DNA of 64,000 nt from an uncultured cyanobacterium (GTDB taxonomy: Bacteria; Cyanobacteriota; Cyanobacteriia; Cyanobacteriales; Nostocaceae), in NCBI GenBank assembly GCA_963740315.1, contig CAVUDP010000002.1, positions 3,040,001-3,104,000 of the forward strand, given 5' to 3'. How positions within the stretch are numbered: position 1 is the first letter of the stretch; every line of letters begins with the position of its first letter. Under the pieces are notes generated by a model. That model did not search any database, had not been told where the DNA came from, and saw nothing but the letters and a program-made list of their open reading frames with translations. This document shows positions 8,881-20,086 of the stretch, piece after piece. Position numbers and translations under genes: made by a program.

Positions 8881-11800
8881 TTAAGCGCTAAAGTATTTAG
8901 CTACGGGATGATAGGTAATAATCGCCGTTGTACTTTGTTCGGGATAAATCTGCTCGCTTTCGTCCATAAACAAGTTAATTCTGTCAGTTTTCAACAAGTC
9001 CAATTGCTTGTACTGATCTTGAATACTTGGGCAAGCGGGGTATCCAAAGCTATACCGCGAACCGCGATATCTTTGGGCTAACATATCCCGAATGTTATCT
9101 GGATCTTCTGCTGCAAAGCCTAACTCGCGGCGGATTCGGGCGTGCGTCCACTCAGCTAAAGCTTCTGCAATTTGTACGGCTATTCCGTGAAAATACAGAT
9201 AATCTGTGTATTCGTTATTAGAAAATAGCTTTTGTGCAAATTCCGTAGCAATTTCACCTACCGTCACTGCTTGCATGGGGAAAACATCAATGATTCCCGT
9301 TTCTTTGGGTGCAAAAAAATCTGCTATACACAGACGACGCATTGATTTTTGACGGGGGAACTCAAATTCTGTAACTTTTTGGGAATGGTTTTCGGAGTCG
9401 TAGATATGCAGTGTATTTCCTTCGGATTGACAAGGAAAATAACCGTAAATTACTTGGGGATGTAACAAGTTTTCTTCTATTACCCGTTTTTTCCAGGTTT
9501 CTAGAATTGGATACACTTTCTCTGCTAAGAAAGCCTGATATTCTTCTTTTGACTGGTCTTTTGGTTTTCTAAATTGCCATTGTCCGGCGATTAAGGCTTG
9601 TAAATCCAAGTACCAAAATAGTTCTTCAAGAGAAATATCATCACCTTGTAGTAACTTGCTTCCCCAGAATGGTGGGGTAGGACGTTCGGTGTCTATCTCA
9701 ACAGCTTCGGAACGTTTGGTATCGATGACTTTTGGTTCTTCGGGTGCTTTTTCTACAGCTTTTTCTTCTGCTGCTTTATGTCCGTTTCCATTTTGAGATG
9801 CTTCTGCTTCTGCAAATTCACCTAAGAAACCTTTGAAATCATCCCAATCATTACCAGTTTTAGCTGGCATTAATTTTTCCATGAAATTCAAGTCGGAAAA
9901 TGCATCTTTACCGTAGATAACTTTACCTTGATAGGTGTTTTGGCAATCGTCATAAACGAATTTGGGGGTTAAAGCTGCACCACCCAAAATTACCGGAACG
10001 GTGATTCCTTTTTCGTTGAATGTTTGTAAGTTATCTTTCATAAACGCCGTTGATTTCACCAATAAACCGCTCATGGCGATACAGTCGGGTTTATGCTCTT
10101 CGTAGGCTTGGATAATGTTTTCTACTGGTTGCTTGATGCCCAGATTTATCACCCGATAGCCGTTGTTGGATAAGATAATATCTACAAGGTTTTTACCAAT
10201 GTCGTGAACGTCGCCTTTTACGGTAGCAATAACAAAGGTTCCTTTAGCATTATCTACTCCTTCAGATTTTTCCATGTGCGGTTCTAAAAACGCAACTGCC
10301 GCTTTCATGGTTTCTGCTGACTGCAATACGAAAGGTAGCTGCATTTGTCCGGAACCAAACAATTCACCTACTACTTTCATTCCATCTAATAAGTAGATGT
10401 TGACAATATCCAATGGCGGATATTTCTGCATTGCTTCTTTTAAAGCATCTTCTAAACCAATTCTTTCGCCATCGATAACGTGTTGTTTTAACCGTTCTTC
10501 TATTGGTAAACTAACGTCAACGCCTTTATCACGCTTGGCGCTGACACCTTCAAACATCGTTGTTAGTTCGCCCAAGGGGTCGTAAACGCAGATATCACCG
10601 TCAAATCCCCGGTTGTCGTAAATTAAGTCAAGGCAGATTTTTTGGTGTTCTTGTTCAATTTTAGAAAGCGGTAAAATCTTGCTGGCGCTAACGATCGCTG
10701 CATCCATTCCAGCTTCCGTTGCTTCGTGCAAAAACATCGAGTTTAAAACTATCCGCGCTGCGGGATTTAAACCGAAGGAAACGTTGGAAACACCCAATAC
10801 GACATGACATCCCGGTAATTCTTGACGAATTCTACTAATGGATTCGACAGTCGCTTTACCGTTGGCTCTATCTTCTTCAATTCCGGTGGAAATCGGTAGC
10901 GCTAGAGTGTCAAAAAATATTTCATGAGCGGGAATACCGTATTCTAAAGCTTGACGGTAAGCACGTTGAGCAATTTCAAACTTTTTATCTGCCGTTCGCG
11001 CCATCCCATCTTCATCGATGGTACCAATTACGACACCAGCGCCGTAAGTTTTCGCCAATTCCAACACTTTCAAAAAGCGCTCTTCGCCGTCTTCATAGTT
11101 GGTGGAATTTAATAAACACTTACCGCCAGCCACCTTAAGACCTGCCTCCATTTTTTCCCATTCTGTGGAGTCAAGTACCAAAGGCAAGGTAATATTATTC
11201 ACCAAACGCGAAACCAACTCGTGCATATCACGCACGCCGTCACGCCCTACATAGTCAACGTTTACGTCGAGTACGTGTGCGCCTTCTTTAACTTGCGATC
11301 GCCCTAACGAAACCAATCCATCCCAGTCTTCATCATTGAGCATGGTGCGGCATTTCTTGGAACCGCTAGCGTTGAGACGTTCGCCGATAATTAAGAACGA
11401 ATTATCTTGATCGTAGGGTTGAGTACCGTAAATCGAAGCCGCCGCTGGTTCAGTTTGCGGATTCCTGACTTTCGGTGTCAAAGATGCAGCAATTTCTGCT
11501 AAAGCTTGAATATGTGCTGGACGTGTCCCACAGCAACCCCCGATCGCTTGGACACCTAAGTCTTCGATGAAATGCATCAAATGCATCTTTAATTCCATCG
11601 GCGTAAGCTTATAATGCGCTTGTCCGCCAACGTTTTCGGGTAATCCCGCATTCGGTACGCAGGAAATAATGAATGGTGAATGCTCCGACAGGTATTTAAT
11701 GTGCGGCTTCATCAAATCGGGACCAGTAGCGCAATTTAAACCCAAAATATCAATTTTGTAAGGTTCCAAAATTGTCACTACGGCGCTGATTTCCGTACCC

Positions 11801-12414
11801 ACGAGCATTGTACCCATAGATTCCATCGTCACGGAAACCATTAACGCTCGTCTTTCTCCTTTCTTGGCGAAAACTTCTTCAATGGCATTCAGTGCGGCTT
11901 TTATTTGCAACACATCCTGACAGGTTTCGACGATAAATAAATCGACTCCACCATCCCATAATGCTTCTGCTTGCTCTACATAAGCATTTTTCAAAGTGTC
12001 GAAGTCAATATGTCCCAAAGTTGGTAATTTTGTACCAGGTCCCATCGAACCACCAACAAATCGGGGTTTTTCGGGTGTAGAAAATTCCGCTGCAACTTTT
12101 TTCGCTAATTCCGCCGCAGTTTTATTTAAGTAATAAGCTTGGTCTGCTAAATCATACTCGGCAAGTACAATTGACGTACCCCCAAAGGTATCCGTTTCAA
12201 TCACATCCGCACCAGCAGCCAAGAAATCACGGTGAACCGTCGCTACAGCTTCCGGTTTGGTGTGTACGAGATATTCGTTACAACCTTCGTATTCGGCACC
12301 ACCAAAGTCTTCAGCGGTGAGTTCCTGTACCTGTAAATTGGTTCCCATCGCACCGTCAAACACTACAACAGGGCGTTTGGGACTTTTGAGATGTTCTAAA
12401 AATTGATTAGCCAT
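8881..12414 (-). CDS. metH: Cobalamin-dependent methionine synthase
   Basis: DGAMGT, GGCCGT, pterin-binding domain, B12 motif GDVHDIGKN, activation domain [10 protein letters not shown]. Confidence 0.98.
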   Translation of the reverse strand: MANQFLEHLKSPKRPVVVFDGAMGTNLQVQELTAEDFGGAEYEGCNEYLVHTKPEAVATVHRDFLAAGADVIETDTFGGTSIVLAEYDLADQAYYLNKTAAELAKKVAAEFSTPEKPRFVGGSMGPGTKLPTLGHIDFDTLKNAYVEQAEALWDGGVDLFIVETCQDVLQIKAALNAIEEVFAKKGERRALMVSVTMESMGTMLVGTEISAVVTILEPYKIDILGLNCATGPDLMKPHIKYLSEHSPFIISCVPNAGLPENVGGQAHYKLTPMELKMHLMHFIEDLGVQAIGGCCGTRPAHIQALAEIAASLTPKVRNPQTEPAAASIYGTQPYDQDNSFLIIGERLNASGSKKCRTMLNDEDWDGLVSLGRSQVKEGAHVLDVNVDYVGRDGVRDMHELVSRLVNNITLPLVLDSTEWEKMEAGLKVAGGKCLLNSTNYEDGEERFLKVLELAKTYGAGVVIGTIDEDGMARTADKKFEIAQRAYRQALEYGIPAHEIFFDTLALPISTGIEEDRANGKATVESISRIRQELPGCHVVLGVSNVSFGLNPAARIVLNSMFLHEATEAGMDAAIVSASKILPLSKIEQEHQKICLDLIYDNRGFDGDICVYDPLGELTTMFEGVSAKRDKGVDVSLPIEERLKQHVIDGERIGLEDALKEAMQKYPPLDIVNIYLLDGMKVVGELFGSGQMQLPFVLQSAETMKAAVAFLEPHMEKSEGVDNAKGTFVIATVKGDVHDIGKNLVDIILSNNGYRVINLGIKQPVENIIQAYEEHKPDCIAMSGLLVKSTAFMKDNLQTFNEKGITVPVILGGAALTPKFVYDDCQNTYQGKVIYGKDAFSDLNFMEKLMPAKTGNDWDDFKGFLGEFAEAEASQNGNGHKAAEEKAVEKAPEEPKVIDTKRSEAVEIDTERPTPPFWGSKLLQGDDISLEELFWYLDLQALIAGQWQFRKPKDQSKEEYQAFLAEKVYPILETWKKRVIEENLLHPQVIYGYFPCQSEGNTLHIYDSENHSQKVTEFEFPRQKSMRRLCIADFFAPKETGIIDVFPMQAVTVGEIATEFAQKLFSNNEYTDYLYFHGIAVQIAEALAEWTHARIRRELGFAAEDPDNIRDMLAQRYRGSRYSFGYPACPSIQDQYKQLDLLKTDRINLFMDESEQIYPEQSTTAIITYHPVAKYFSA

Positions 12415-12506
12415 AAAATTCCAGAAAAATTTAGGTTAGCCTTAATTTATTATTTTCTCGGATTTCTAAACTTTAAGACCAATTAAATTACATATAGATT
12501 ACATTT

Positions 12507-12980
12507 ATGATCGTACAAGATTGCGTTGAGCAAGATGAAGGCTTTATCCGTTCGAGTACCGAGGAAGTTAAAGGTAATTTGCTCGAAGCCTTAAAAACAG
12601 TGGCTTTAGCAGGAAGACGCATTGTCTTGCAACAAGCTGGGGAAGAGATTGCAGCAATAATACCGATCCAAGAATTTCATCGTCTCGAATCTTTTGAACA
12701 CGAACTCGTACCTCCGATTTGGGAACCTCACGAGGAAGAATATTACGAACACGATGGAGGAATACATTGTATCTTTCTTGATGAGATGGAAGCGGAGTTT
12801 GATGAGATTATTACTGAGGTGACGGTATACAATGAACTGTTTGGGCTGCTACCACCTCAATATTTAGCGGGGAAAGAATTTGATGTTTTCATACCCGTGG
12901 CGATTGTGATGAATATCAATAAGTTTTGGGTACCGGAATATTTGATTGGTGAAAAGGATAGGTTGAAGGCTTGTCTGTGA
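12507..12980 (+). CDS. Hypothetical protein with Phd/YefM antitoxin-like N-terminal region
   Basis: STEEVKGNLLEALKTVALAGRRIVLQQAGEEIAAIIPIQEFHRL matches the Phd/YefM pattern. Confidence 0.55.
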   Translation: MIVQDCVEQDEGFIRSSTEEVKGNLLEALKTVALAGRRIVLQQAGEEIAAIIPIQEFHRLESFEHELVPPIWEPHEEEYYEHDGGIHCIFLDEMEAEFDEIITEVTVYNELFGLLPPQYLAGKEFDVFIPVAIVMNINKFWVPEYLIGEKDRLKACL

Positions 12981-13099
12981 GGAAAAGGATTAGGTTTTTG
13001 CAATAATCTCGGAATTATAAAACCGCAGAGGGCGCAGAGGGCGCTGAGGAAAGAAGTTAAAAGAGAGAAATATTCTTTTTTGAGATTAGATACTGAGAT

Positions 13100-13924
13100 T
13101 TAATTTAACTTGGTCAAATTGGTTTGGGTAATTTGATCTGCTGGGAATAAGGTTTCAATTCGCAATTCTTGTAACATGATGTCTTGGGGTGTACCGAGAG
13201 TTGCGATCGCTGAAAAAAAGTTAAAATTTAGTCCGTCTTTAAAAAAGTTTACGGTTAATAATGGCATTTGCCAGGTGTGTGAATTAGAAAGTTTCCACAA
13301 CTGCGGAACATCTGGATATGTCATGAATTCTTGATAAAGTTGTCTCGGTTGGGCGCTGTTTTCATTTGCGATCGCTTCTCGATAAACTCTTTTAATTAAA
13401 TGACTGGCGGTTTCTTCCCAATTTGTGACAAACGGCTTTAAACCTTGGGGATGAAACATCAATCGCATCAAGTTGATTTTTTGATCGATGTAAAAACGGT
13501 TGTGTAAGTTTTCTGAATTAATTAACCAGTTCATTAACTGTTGCGAAACTGGATTGCTTTGAATTAAATTCCAATATCTATCCATCACCAAAACGGGTAA
13601 ATGTGTTTGAGAAAGCAAAATGAAATCCAAGGCTTTGCGGATGGGTTCAAATTCTGGTGAAGATAAATCGCGCTCAGAATAAATCGGCGCAAACCCCGCA
13701 GCACTCAGCATGACATTTTGTTCCCGTAGAGGAATATCTAAAACGGTAGCAAGCTGCAATATCATTTCTTGACTGGGATTTGCTCTACCGGATTCGAGAA
13801 AACTAATGTGTCTTTGAGAAACATCGCTGGCTAAAGCTAAATCAAGTTGGCTGAAATTTTGTAGTTTTCTGTGGTGTTTGAGCAGATTTCCGAAGGTTGT
13901 TTGTTGGTTTGACGTGGATTGCAT
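13100..13924 (-). CDS. XRE-family HTH regulator with MmyB-like ligand-binding domain
   Basis: FGNLLKHHR..SQLDLA..VSQRHISFLESGRANPS; TLGTPQDIMLQELRIE; start set at ATG 13924 because the longer ORF runs through a palindromic repeat. Confidence 0.9.
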   Translation of the reverse strand: MQSTSNQQTTFGNLLKHHRKLQNFSQLDLALASDVSQRHISFLESGRANPSQEMILQLATVLDIPLREQNVMLSAAGFAPIYSERDLSSPEFEPIRKALDFILLSQTHLPVLVMDRYWNLIQSNPVSQQLMNWLINSENLHNRFYIDQKINLMRLMFHPQGLKPFVTNWEETASHLIKRVYREAIANENSAQPRQLYQEFMTYPDVPQLWKLSNSHTWQMPLLTVNFFKDGLNFNFFSAIATLGTPQDIMLQELRIETLFPADQITQTNLTKLN

Positions 13925-14135
13925 TGCAAAATTTTGTCGATCGATATAACTAATGTAGAGACGGCGTGCACAGTGCAACGTCTCCCCGAATTTTGATTTA
14001 TAATGACGCTTCCGCGTCACGCTTCGCTAACGATAATTTGCTGTGATGGGAGACATTTCGTTTTCCCGCAGATTGTTTGAGACGTAGCGGAGACGTAGCG
14101 GAGACGTAGCACTGCTACGTCTCTACATTTGTTTG

Positions 14136-14152
14136 ATTACCTGTGAGGTAAT
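14136..14152. promoter_or_regulatory. Candidate operator, inverted repeat ATTACCT-N3-AGGTAAT
   Basis: Perfect 7-bp inverted repeat between the divergent XRE regulator and DUF2834 gene. Confidence 0.5.
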
Positions 14153-14224
14153 TGTTTCTCTGGGATACAGCAATCATAATCAAAACAACAACGATCGTGG
14201 AATTTGAATCGGAGAATAAAAGTC

Positions 14225-14599
14225 ATGTCCAATACAACTTATCAAAATCAAGTTTCTGCCGAAAGTAAATTATTTTCAGCGAAATCACTTTATCTACTGC
14301 TGGTAATTGTTGGAACTATTGCACCTTGGAGTTTAATTATAAAATTTTTTATTCAAAATGGTTTTTCGATTATTTCATTAATTTACAAGGAATTCGATAA
14401 TTACGCTGCGGCTGCATTTGGAACAGATTTGCTGATTTGCATATTAGTTTTCTTGTGCTTTGCGTTTTTTGAATTAAAGCGACTAGGTTTATCTCGTAGT
14501 AGATTAATTATTTATATTGCTGCAACTTTTGGAATTGGTTTAAGTTGTAGTTTACCGTTGTTTTTATATGTTCGCGAAGGAGTTTTAGAGGAAAAGTAG
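14225..14599 (+). CDS. DUF2834-like membrane protein
   Basis: Hydrophobic segments, 'GTDLLI', 'GIGLSCSLPLFLYVRE'. Confidence 0.75.
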   Translation: MSNTTYQNQVSAESKLFSAKSLYLLLVIVGTIAPWSLIIKFFIQNGFSIISLIYKEFDNYAAAAFGTDLLICILVFLCFAFFELKRLGLSRSRLIIYIAATFGIGLSCSLPLFLYVREGVLEEK

Positions 14600-14950
14600 T
14601 AAACAAATCGTAAGGGAGGCAAATTTGCGTGTGGATTATCCTCCCCAAATATTGCCGTTGTGTTATCACGGAGCAAAACGCACAAGGAATTCCGAAAAAT
14701 AATTTATTATTTATTCAAGGTAGTGCGAGCATCTTGCTCGCTAGTATTCCTTTTCATTAATTCTGACAGGTTCGTAGTAAGGGCTTTAGCCCCTCCGGAT
14801 TCCGTAATATGAGGCGAGTACAGCGCTTACTACGAACCTTATTTTTTTAATTTGGAAGTCTCTTAATTAATTTTTATGCGTTACAGAATTTTTAATTACC
14901 AAGCATAGACATTATTATCTAAAACCTATTTTGAATTAATTTAATTTGTA

Positions 14951-15355
14951 ATGAAAAATATAATTTTTAATTTGGGTTTTGCAACACTTCTTACCCACGA
15001 ACTTGATGCGATCGCGCAATCGGAATGGAAACTTTTATTTATACTGCGAAGCCTACCAGAAGAAACCGCTCCTTCAGCTTTTGTGATTATTCATGTACCA
15101 TTAATTGCAGCACTTTTATGGTTAACAAATAATGAATCTCAGCTTATAAAAAATTGGTCGCGGATTGCACTTGCGGCATTTCTTGTAATTCATTCCGGAC
15201 TTCATAAGTTATTGGAAAATAGTCCGAACTCTAGTTTTAATTCGTTGCTTTCTTTGGGACTTATTTATGGTGGTGGCTTGCTTGGATTACTTTATTTGAT
15301 TTGGGTTTTTATGTCTTGGCGAAGTATGTCAAATAATCTTGTTGAAGCGGATTAA
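14951..15355 (+). CDS. Small membrane protein (DUF6713-like)
   Basis: THELDAI..SEWKLL, HVPL, HSGLH and four hydrophobic stretches. Confidence 0.6.
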   Translation: MKNIIFNLGFATLLTHELDAIAQSEWKLLFILRSLPEETAPSAFVIIHVPLIAALLWLTNNESQLIKNWSRIALAAFLVIHSGLHKLLENSPNSSFNSLLSLGLIYGGGLLGLLYLIWVFMSWRSMSNNLVEAD

Positions 15356-15486
15356 TAAAAGATAGCGATAAATCGCTTACTACGAACCAAAAATGTAGCG
15401 CATTACAATTAATAAATGGTACGTTACGGCATTTTCATCTTTGTAATTTCGAGCATTACATATTTATGCCGTAACACACCCTACAA

Positions 15487-17211
15487 TTACTTCCCAAAAC
15501 TATAAATCTTCTGAGTTTCTAATTTATCGCTAAGCGCAGAAGGTAGCTGACTTAATTCAAAAGCTTGTCTATCTAATTTTACCTGTAGCTTACTTAAAGG
15601 ATCTACTCCAGGAGAAATCAGAAATTCTAGCTTTTTAACGTAAGGTAATTCGGCAACTTTATCGAGAATATTAATTACAGCTTTTACGTAAGGATGATCT
15701 TTTTGCTGATACCAATCAACAGATGCAACGTTGGCTTGATCTAAACCTAAGTGTACTGTTAAAGATGGTTCGGTAAACAAAGCCAATCCTAAAGGGCGGG
15801 TTTCTTCTTGTAATAATAAATCGTGGGTTTTTGCTAAATGCCGTATTTTTTCTAAACGCTCGTAACGTTGTGCGATCGCTAAAGGTTCGTCTTGCCAGTG
15901 CAGCGCTACTGTTACTAAATAAGTCTGCAACAGCATATGACCTAGCTTTTTGGCTTTCGTCGCTAGGTAATGAGTATTGTAATCGTTGGCTTCGATTAAT
16001 AAAGGTAGTCTGTCAACTACTTCCAAACCATAACCTTTTAGTCCAGCAATTTTACGGGGATTGTTGGTAATTAAACGTATATTATGCACGTTTAAATCCA
16101 TCAACATTTGCGCTCCCATGCCGTAGTCGCGTAAATCGGCAGGAAATCCCAAGCGTTCGTTAGCTTCTACAGTATCCAGCCCCATGTCTTGCAAGGAATA
16201 GGCTTTTAATTTATTAACTAAACCAATACCGCGTCCTTCTTGACGTAGGTATACAACAACACCTTCGCCTGCATTTTCAATCATTTTCAAGGCTGCTTGT
16301 AACTGCATTCGACAATCGCAGCGCAAGGAACCCAAAGCATCTCCCGTCAGACATTCGGAATGCACTCGCACCATTACAGCTTTGTTGCCAAATTTCTCCG
16401 GATCGCCTTTGACAATGGCAACGTGTTCTGTATCATCGAGAGTGTGACGGTAAGCGTAGATTTTGAAATTTCCGAACTGCGTTGGTAAATCGGCAACAGT
16501 TTCGCGTTTAATTATCCGGTCATAACGCAAACGGTAACTAATTAAATCCGCGATACTGATAATTTTCATCTTATGACGCTTGGCATACTCAAATAATTCG
16601 GGTAGCCGTGCCATCGAACCGTCGGGGTTTTGAATTTCGCAAATTACCCCAGCAGGATATAAACCAGCTAATCGAGATAGATCGACAGCAGCTTCTGTAT
16701 GTCCGGCTCGTTTAAGTACGCCTCCATTTTTGGCACGAATTGGAAAAATATGACCGGGGCGGCGTAAATCTTCCGGCTGGGTATGGGGGTTGAGCGCTAC
16801 TTGAATGGTGCGAGCGCGATCTTCGGCGGAAATTCCTGTAGTAACGCCTAGTTCTGGACCAGCGTCAATGCTGACAGTGAAAGCAGTTTGATTGGTATCG
16901 GTGATATTTTTCACCATCAAAGGTAAATCTAATTCATCGAGGCGATCGCCAGTCATTGCCAGACAAATTAAACCTCGTGCTTCTACCGCCATCAGGTTGA
17001 TTGTATCTGGTGTGGCAAACTGGGCTGCACAAATCAAATCGCCTTCGTTTTCTCGATTTTCATCATCTACCACCACCACACAGCGACCAGCTTTCAAGTC
17101 AGCCAATGCGGTATCAATCGAATCAAATTTAAATCGGAAGGTTGAATCGGTAGTAACTGGGGTGGATTCCCCACCTTGCGGAGAGTGCGTTTGGATATTA
17201 TGCTGCGACAC
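15487..17211 (-). CDS. ribBA: Bifunctional DHBP synthase / GTP cyclohydrolase II
   Basis: DDENRENEGD, RAGHTEA, RVHSECLTGD..CDC, QEGRGIGL, TNNPRK. Confidence 0.97.
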   Translation of the reverse strand: MSQHNIQTHSPQGGESTPVTTDSTFRFKFDSIDTALADLKAGRCVVVVDDENRENEGDLICAAQFATPDTINLMAVEARGLICLAMTGDRLDELDLPLMVKNITDTNQTAFTVSIDAGPELGVTTGISAEDRARTIQVALNPHTQPEDLRRPGHIFPIRAKNGGVLKRAGHTEAAVDLSRLAGLYPAGVICEIQNPDGSMARLPELFEYAKRHKMKIISIADLISYRLRYDRIIKRETVADLPTQFGNFKIYAYRHTLDDTEHVAIVKGDPEKFGNKAVMVRVHSECLTGDALGSLRCDCRMQLQAALKMIENAGEGVVVYLRQEGRGIGLVNKLKAYSLQDMGLDTVEANERLGFPADLRDYGMGAQMLMDLNVHNIRLITNNPRKIAGLKGYGLEVVDRLPLLIEANDYNTHYLATKAKKLGHMLLQTYLVTVALHWQDEPLAIAQRYERLEKIRHLAKTHDLLLQEETRPLGLALFTEPSLTVHLGLDQANVASVDWYQQKDHPYVKAVINILDKVAELPYVKKLEFLISPGVDPLSKLQVKLDRQAFELSQLPSALSDKLETQKIYSFGK

Positions 17212-17454
17212 AGAGAATTTCTCGAAGAGCGAACGTTAATTTTTTTTAATAAATCTTATCTTACATTGTAGCTCTTTTGTGAAGGACCGAAGCATAGTAG
17301 CAATGATTCGATAACATAGCAGAAGTGTCTGCAACGCGAACAATGTTATTAACACTTAATTACAGAACATTTTAAGCCTTGATGGCTCCCCAAGCTTAGT
17401 TGCTAAGCGCGGAGTTATTGCATTAAAAAAATCATTGGATAGGAATTTTAAAAC

Positions 17455-18513
17455 ATGGGCAATTTTAGGCGCGTACCCGTGGGGATTATTGGCGCGTCAG
17501 GCTATGGCGGAGTTCAGCTAGTGCGACTGCTATTAAATCACCCAGAACTGGAGCTGGTTTATTTAGGCGGTGAAAGTAGTGCTGGAAAATCTTTTAGCGA
17601 TATTTATCCCCACTTAGCCCACATCGTAAATCTTAAAGTTGAACCAGTAGAACCCGAAGCAATTGCACGCCGTTGCGAAGTCGTTTTTTTATCGCTACCA
17701 AACGGACTAGCCTGTGAAATTGCACCAAAATTGCTCGAATATGGATGTAAAGTCCTGGATTTGTCCGCAGATTATCGATTTAGCAACTTGAAAACTTATA
17801 GTAATTGGTATGGCAAACAGCGTAAAGACATAGAAACCGCCGCCACAGCCATTTACGGACTACCAGAGCTTTATCGCGATCGCATTTCTGACGCTCAACT
17901 TGTAGGCTGCCCCGGTTCTTATCCCACAGCCAGTTTGCTAGCACTTTCACCTCTGCTCAAACAAGGATTAATCGTACCAGAAACCGCCATTATCGACGGT
18001 AAAGGCGGTACTTCCACCGGAGGAAGACAAGCCCAAACCCATCTACTGCTATCGGAAGCAGACAACACCGTGGGGGCGTATCAAGTTGCCCATCACCGTC
18101 ATACTCCAGAAATGGAAGAGATTTGCAGCGATTTAGCAGGGCATGAAGTTACCGTACAATTTACGCCACACCTCATACCAATGGTGCGCGGAATTTTATC
18201 AACAGTATACGCAACATTGCGCGACCCCGGATTAGTGCGAGATGACTTAATTACTATATATAAAGCCTTTTATCGAAACTCCTGCTGGGTAAAAATCTGC
18301 GAACCAGGAATTTATCCCCAAACCAAATGGACTCACGGAAGTAATCTATGTTATTTGGGTATAGAAGTTGACTCCAGAACCCGTAGGGTAATTGTGATGT
18401 CAGCGATCGATAATTTGATTAAAGGGCAAGCAGGGCAAGCAATTCAGTGTTTGAACATCATGATGGGCTGGGATGAAACGCTGGGATTGCCAAGTTTGGG
18501 TTTTTATCCTTGA
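17455..18513 (+). CDS. argC: N-acetyl-gamma-glutamyl-phosphate reductase homologue (catalytic Cys replaced by Ser)
   Basis: [38 protein letters not shown]; active-site segment reads GCPGSYPT. Confidence 0.88.
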   Translation: MGNFRRVPVGIIGASGYGGVQLVRLLLNHPELELVYLGGESSAGKSFSDIYPHLAHIVNLKVEPVEPEAIARRCEVVFLSLPNGLACEIAPKLLEYGCKVLDLSADYRFSNLKTYSNWYGKQRKDIETAATAIYGLPELYRDRISDAQLVGCPGSYPTASLLALSPLLKQGLIVPETAIIDGKGGTSTGGRQAQTHLLLSEADNTVGAYQVAHHRHTPEMEEICSDLAGHEVTVQFTPHLIPMVRGILSTVYATLRDPGLVRDDLITIYKAFYRNSCWVKICEPGIYPQTKWTHGSNLCYLGIEVDSRTRRVIVMSAIDNLIKGQAGQAIQCLNIMMGWDETLGLPSLGFYP

Positions 18514-18548
18514 TTAATTGGGCATTATTCAATTTTGGATTTTAGTTC

Positions 18549-18800
18549 GTAGGTTGGGTTAGACACGAAAATAAATTGAATTTATAACGCGAATTTAGAT
18601 TATCGTGTCGTAACCCAACATCAAGATTTCTGAATTAACAAAAGTGAAGCTCATAATTTACCTGGCGCTTTGTTACCACGGCTACACAAGCAAAACCCGC
18701 AGTAAGGCGGGTTAAAGTTTGTAGGTTGGGTTAGACACGAAAACAAATTGGATTTATAACGCGAATTTATACCATCGTGTCGTAACCCAACATCAAAATT
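18549..18800. repeat. GTAGGTTGGGTTAGACACGA...TCGTGTCGTAACCCAAC palindromic elements flanking a 74-bp unit
   Basis: Copies at 18549 and 18721; further copies near 19468, 19617, 20993 and 55271, with related inverted copies at 21147 and 21354. Confidence 0.85.
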
Positions 18801-18904
18801 CATGAATTAATAAAAGTTTTTTACAGCACGGTACAGCACATTATATTAGTAGAATGTACAGCGCTAGATGTAAGATGAATCAGTAGATAATAAAAATAAT
18901 TAAA

Positions 18905-19084
18905 ATGGGTATGGAGAGTGTAACCACCTATGTTCCACCGGAAATAAAGAGGAACTTAGAAAAGTGGGCTAAGGAGGAAGATAGATCGATCAGCTATTTA
19001 GTAGCGAGATTAATTACTAAAACGGTAAACGAAAGATACCCGCAAGAATCTTCCTCACCAGAAAAAGGTAAGGGAGCAGCATGA
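18905..19084 (+). CDS. Ribbon-helix-helix (CopG/Arc-like) protein, 59 aa, absent from the ORF track
   Basis: Manual translation MGMESVTTYVPPEIKRNLEKWAKEEDRSISYLVARLITKTVNERYPQESSSPEKGKGAA*; stop overlaps the next ATG (ATGA). Confidence 0.8.
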   Translation: MGMESVTTYVPPEIKRNLEKWAKEEDRSISYLVARLITKTVNERYPQESSSPEKGKGAA

Positions 19085-19287
19085 CATCTTCAAGCCAAAA
19101 TGATTACTATACAAATGCACAAGCTAAAAGTTGTGTAAGACTGGCACAAAATATTACTTGTTTCTATCAGTTACCGATACACGTAATCAGGTTGGATGAG
19201 CGCACAAACAATATTTTTATTCTTGCGGGTGAAGATTTAGGAATAAGCGTACTCAAAGACGGGAATTGGAGATTTGAAGATGAATGA
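19081..19287 (+). CDS. DUF6888-like small protein
   Basis: PIHVIRLDERTNNIFILAGE...GNWRF pattern typical of this cyanobacterial family. Confidence 0.7.
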   Translation: MTSSSQNDYYTNAQAKSCVRLAQNITCFYQLPIHVIRLDERTNNIFILAGEDLGISVLKDGNWRFEDE

Positions 19288-19462
19288 TTTTCAGAACATG
19301 AGTATTAAGCAGTTAAAAACGTATTTAAAGACTAATCAAGGAGATACGGAAGCTTTTCACGTATTAATGGACAAGTTGAATGCAAAACCAAATCAGAAAT
19401 TATACAGCGCTGACGAGATTGACAAATTAGGGGAATTAATAAAAGGTAAGGGTAAAAAATAA
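19280..19462 (+). CDS. DUF6887-like small protein
   Basis: FQNMSIKQLKTYL...DTEAFHVLMDKL; overlaps the upstream stop. Confidence 0.7.
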   Translation: MNDFQNMSIKQLKTYLKTNQGDTEAFHVLMDKLNAKPNQKLYSADEIDKLGELIKGKGKK

Positions 19463-20086
19463 AAATTGGTAGGTTGGGTTAGACACGAAAATAAATTGGA
19501 TTTGTAACGTGTATCTAGTTGGTAGGTTGGGTGAAGCTCATACTTTACCTGGCGCTTTGTTACCACGGCTACACAAGCAAAACCCGCAGTAAGGCGGGTT
19601 AAAGATTAATTAGTTTGTAAGTTGGGTTAGATACGAAAAAAAATTGAATTTACAACGCGAATTTATCTTATCGTGTCGTAACCCAACATCTATAGGACTT
19701 ACGCAACTAGCACATTTTTCTTGTAGGGTGTGTGACGCATTTATCTCGTTTGAACGTAGCAATAAGATTTGTAACGTCACGCACAATCAACCATTTGTGA
19801 CAATATCGTAAGTCCCGATCTATAGGAATCCGGTTTGAATATTGAAAAAAATTAGGTATTTGTAGGGTGTGTTACGACTTCAGTCTAACGCACCGAAAGC
19901 CTTATTTAATGGTGCGTTGCACGCAGCAAGCAACACACCCTACGTATGTTTAAAAAATAAATTAGGATTCCTATATCTCGATTGTAAACAAAATATTTTT
20001 TGTATTTAATAGTTAGTAAAATTCATAAATTCTAATTTTATATTTCCAACTTCTCATATAATTCCATCAATCAGGAGTTAATAAAG

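Noticed and set aside
12415..12506. Cobalamin riboswitch upstream of metH (and FMN riboswitches before ribE/ribBA)
   Set aside because: The metH leader is only 92 bp and AT-rich; no conserved riboswitch motifs recognised in any of these leaders
13925..14020. N-terminal extension of the XRE regulator
   Set aside because: Runs through a GTAGAGACG palindrome; the HTH domain begins after ATG 13924
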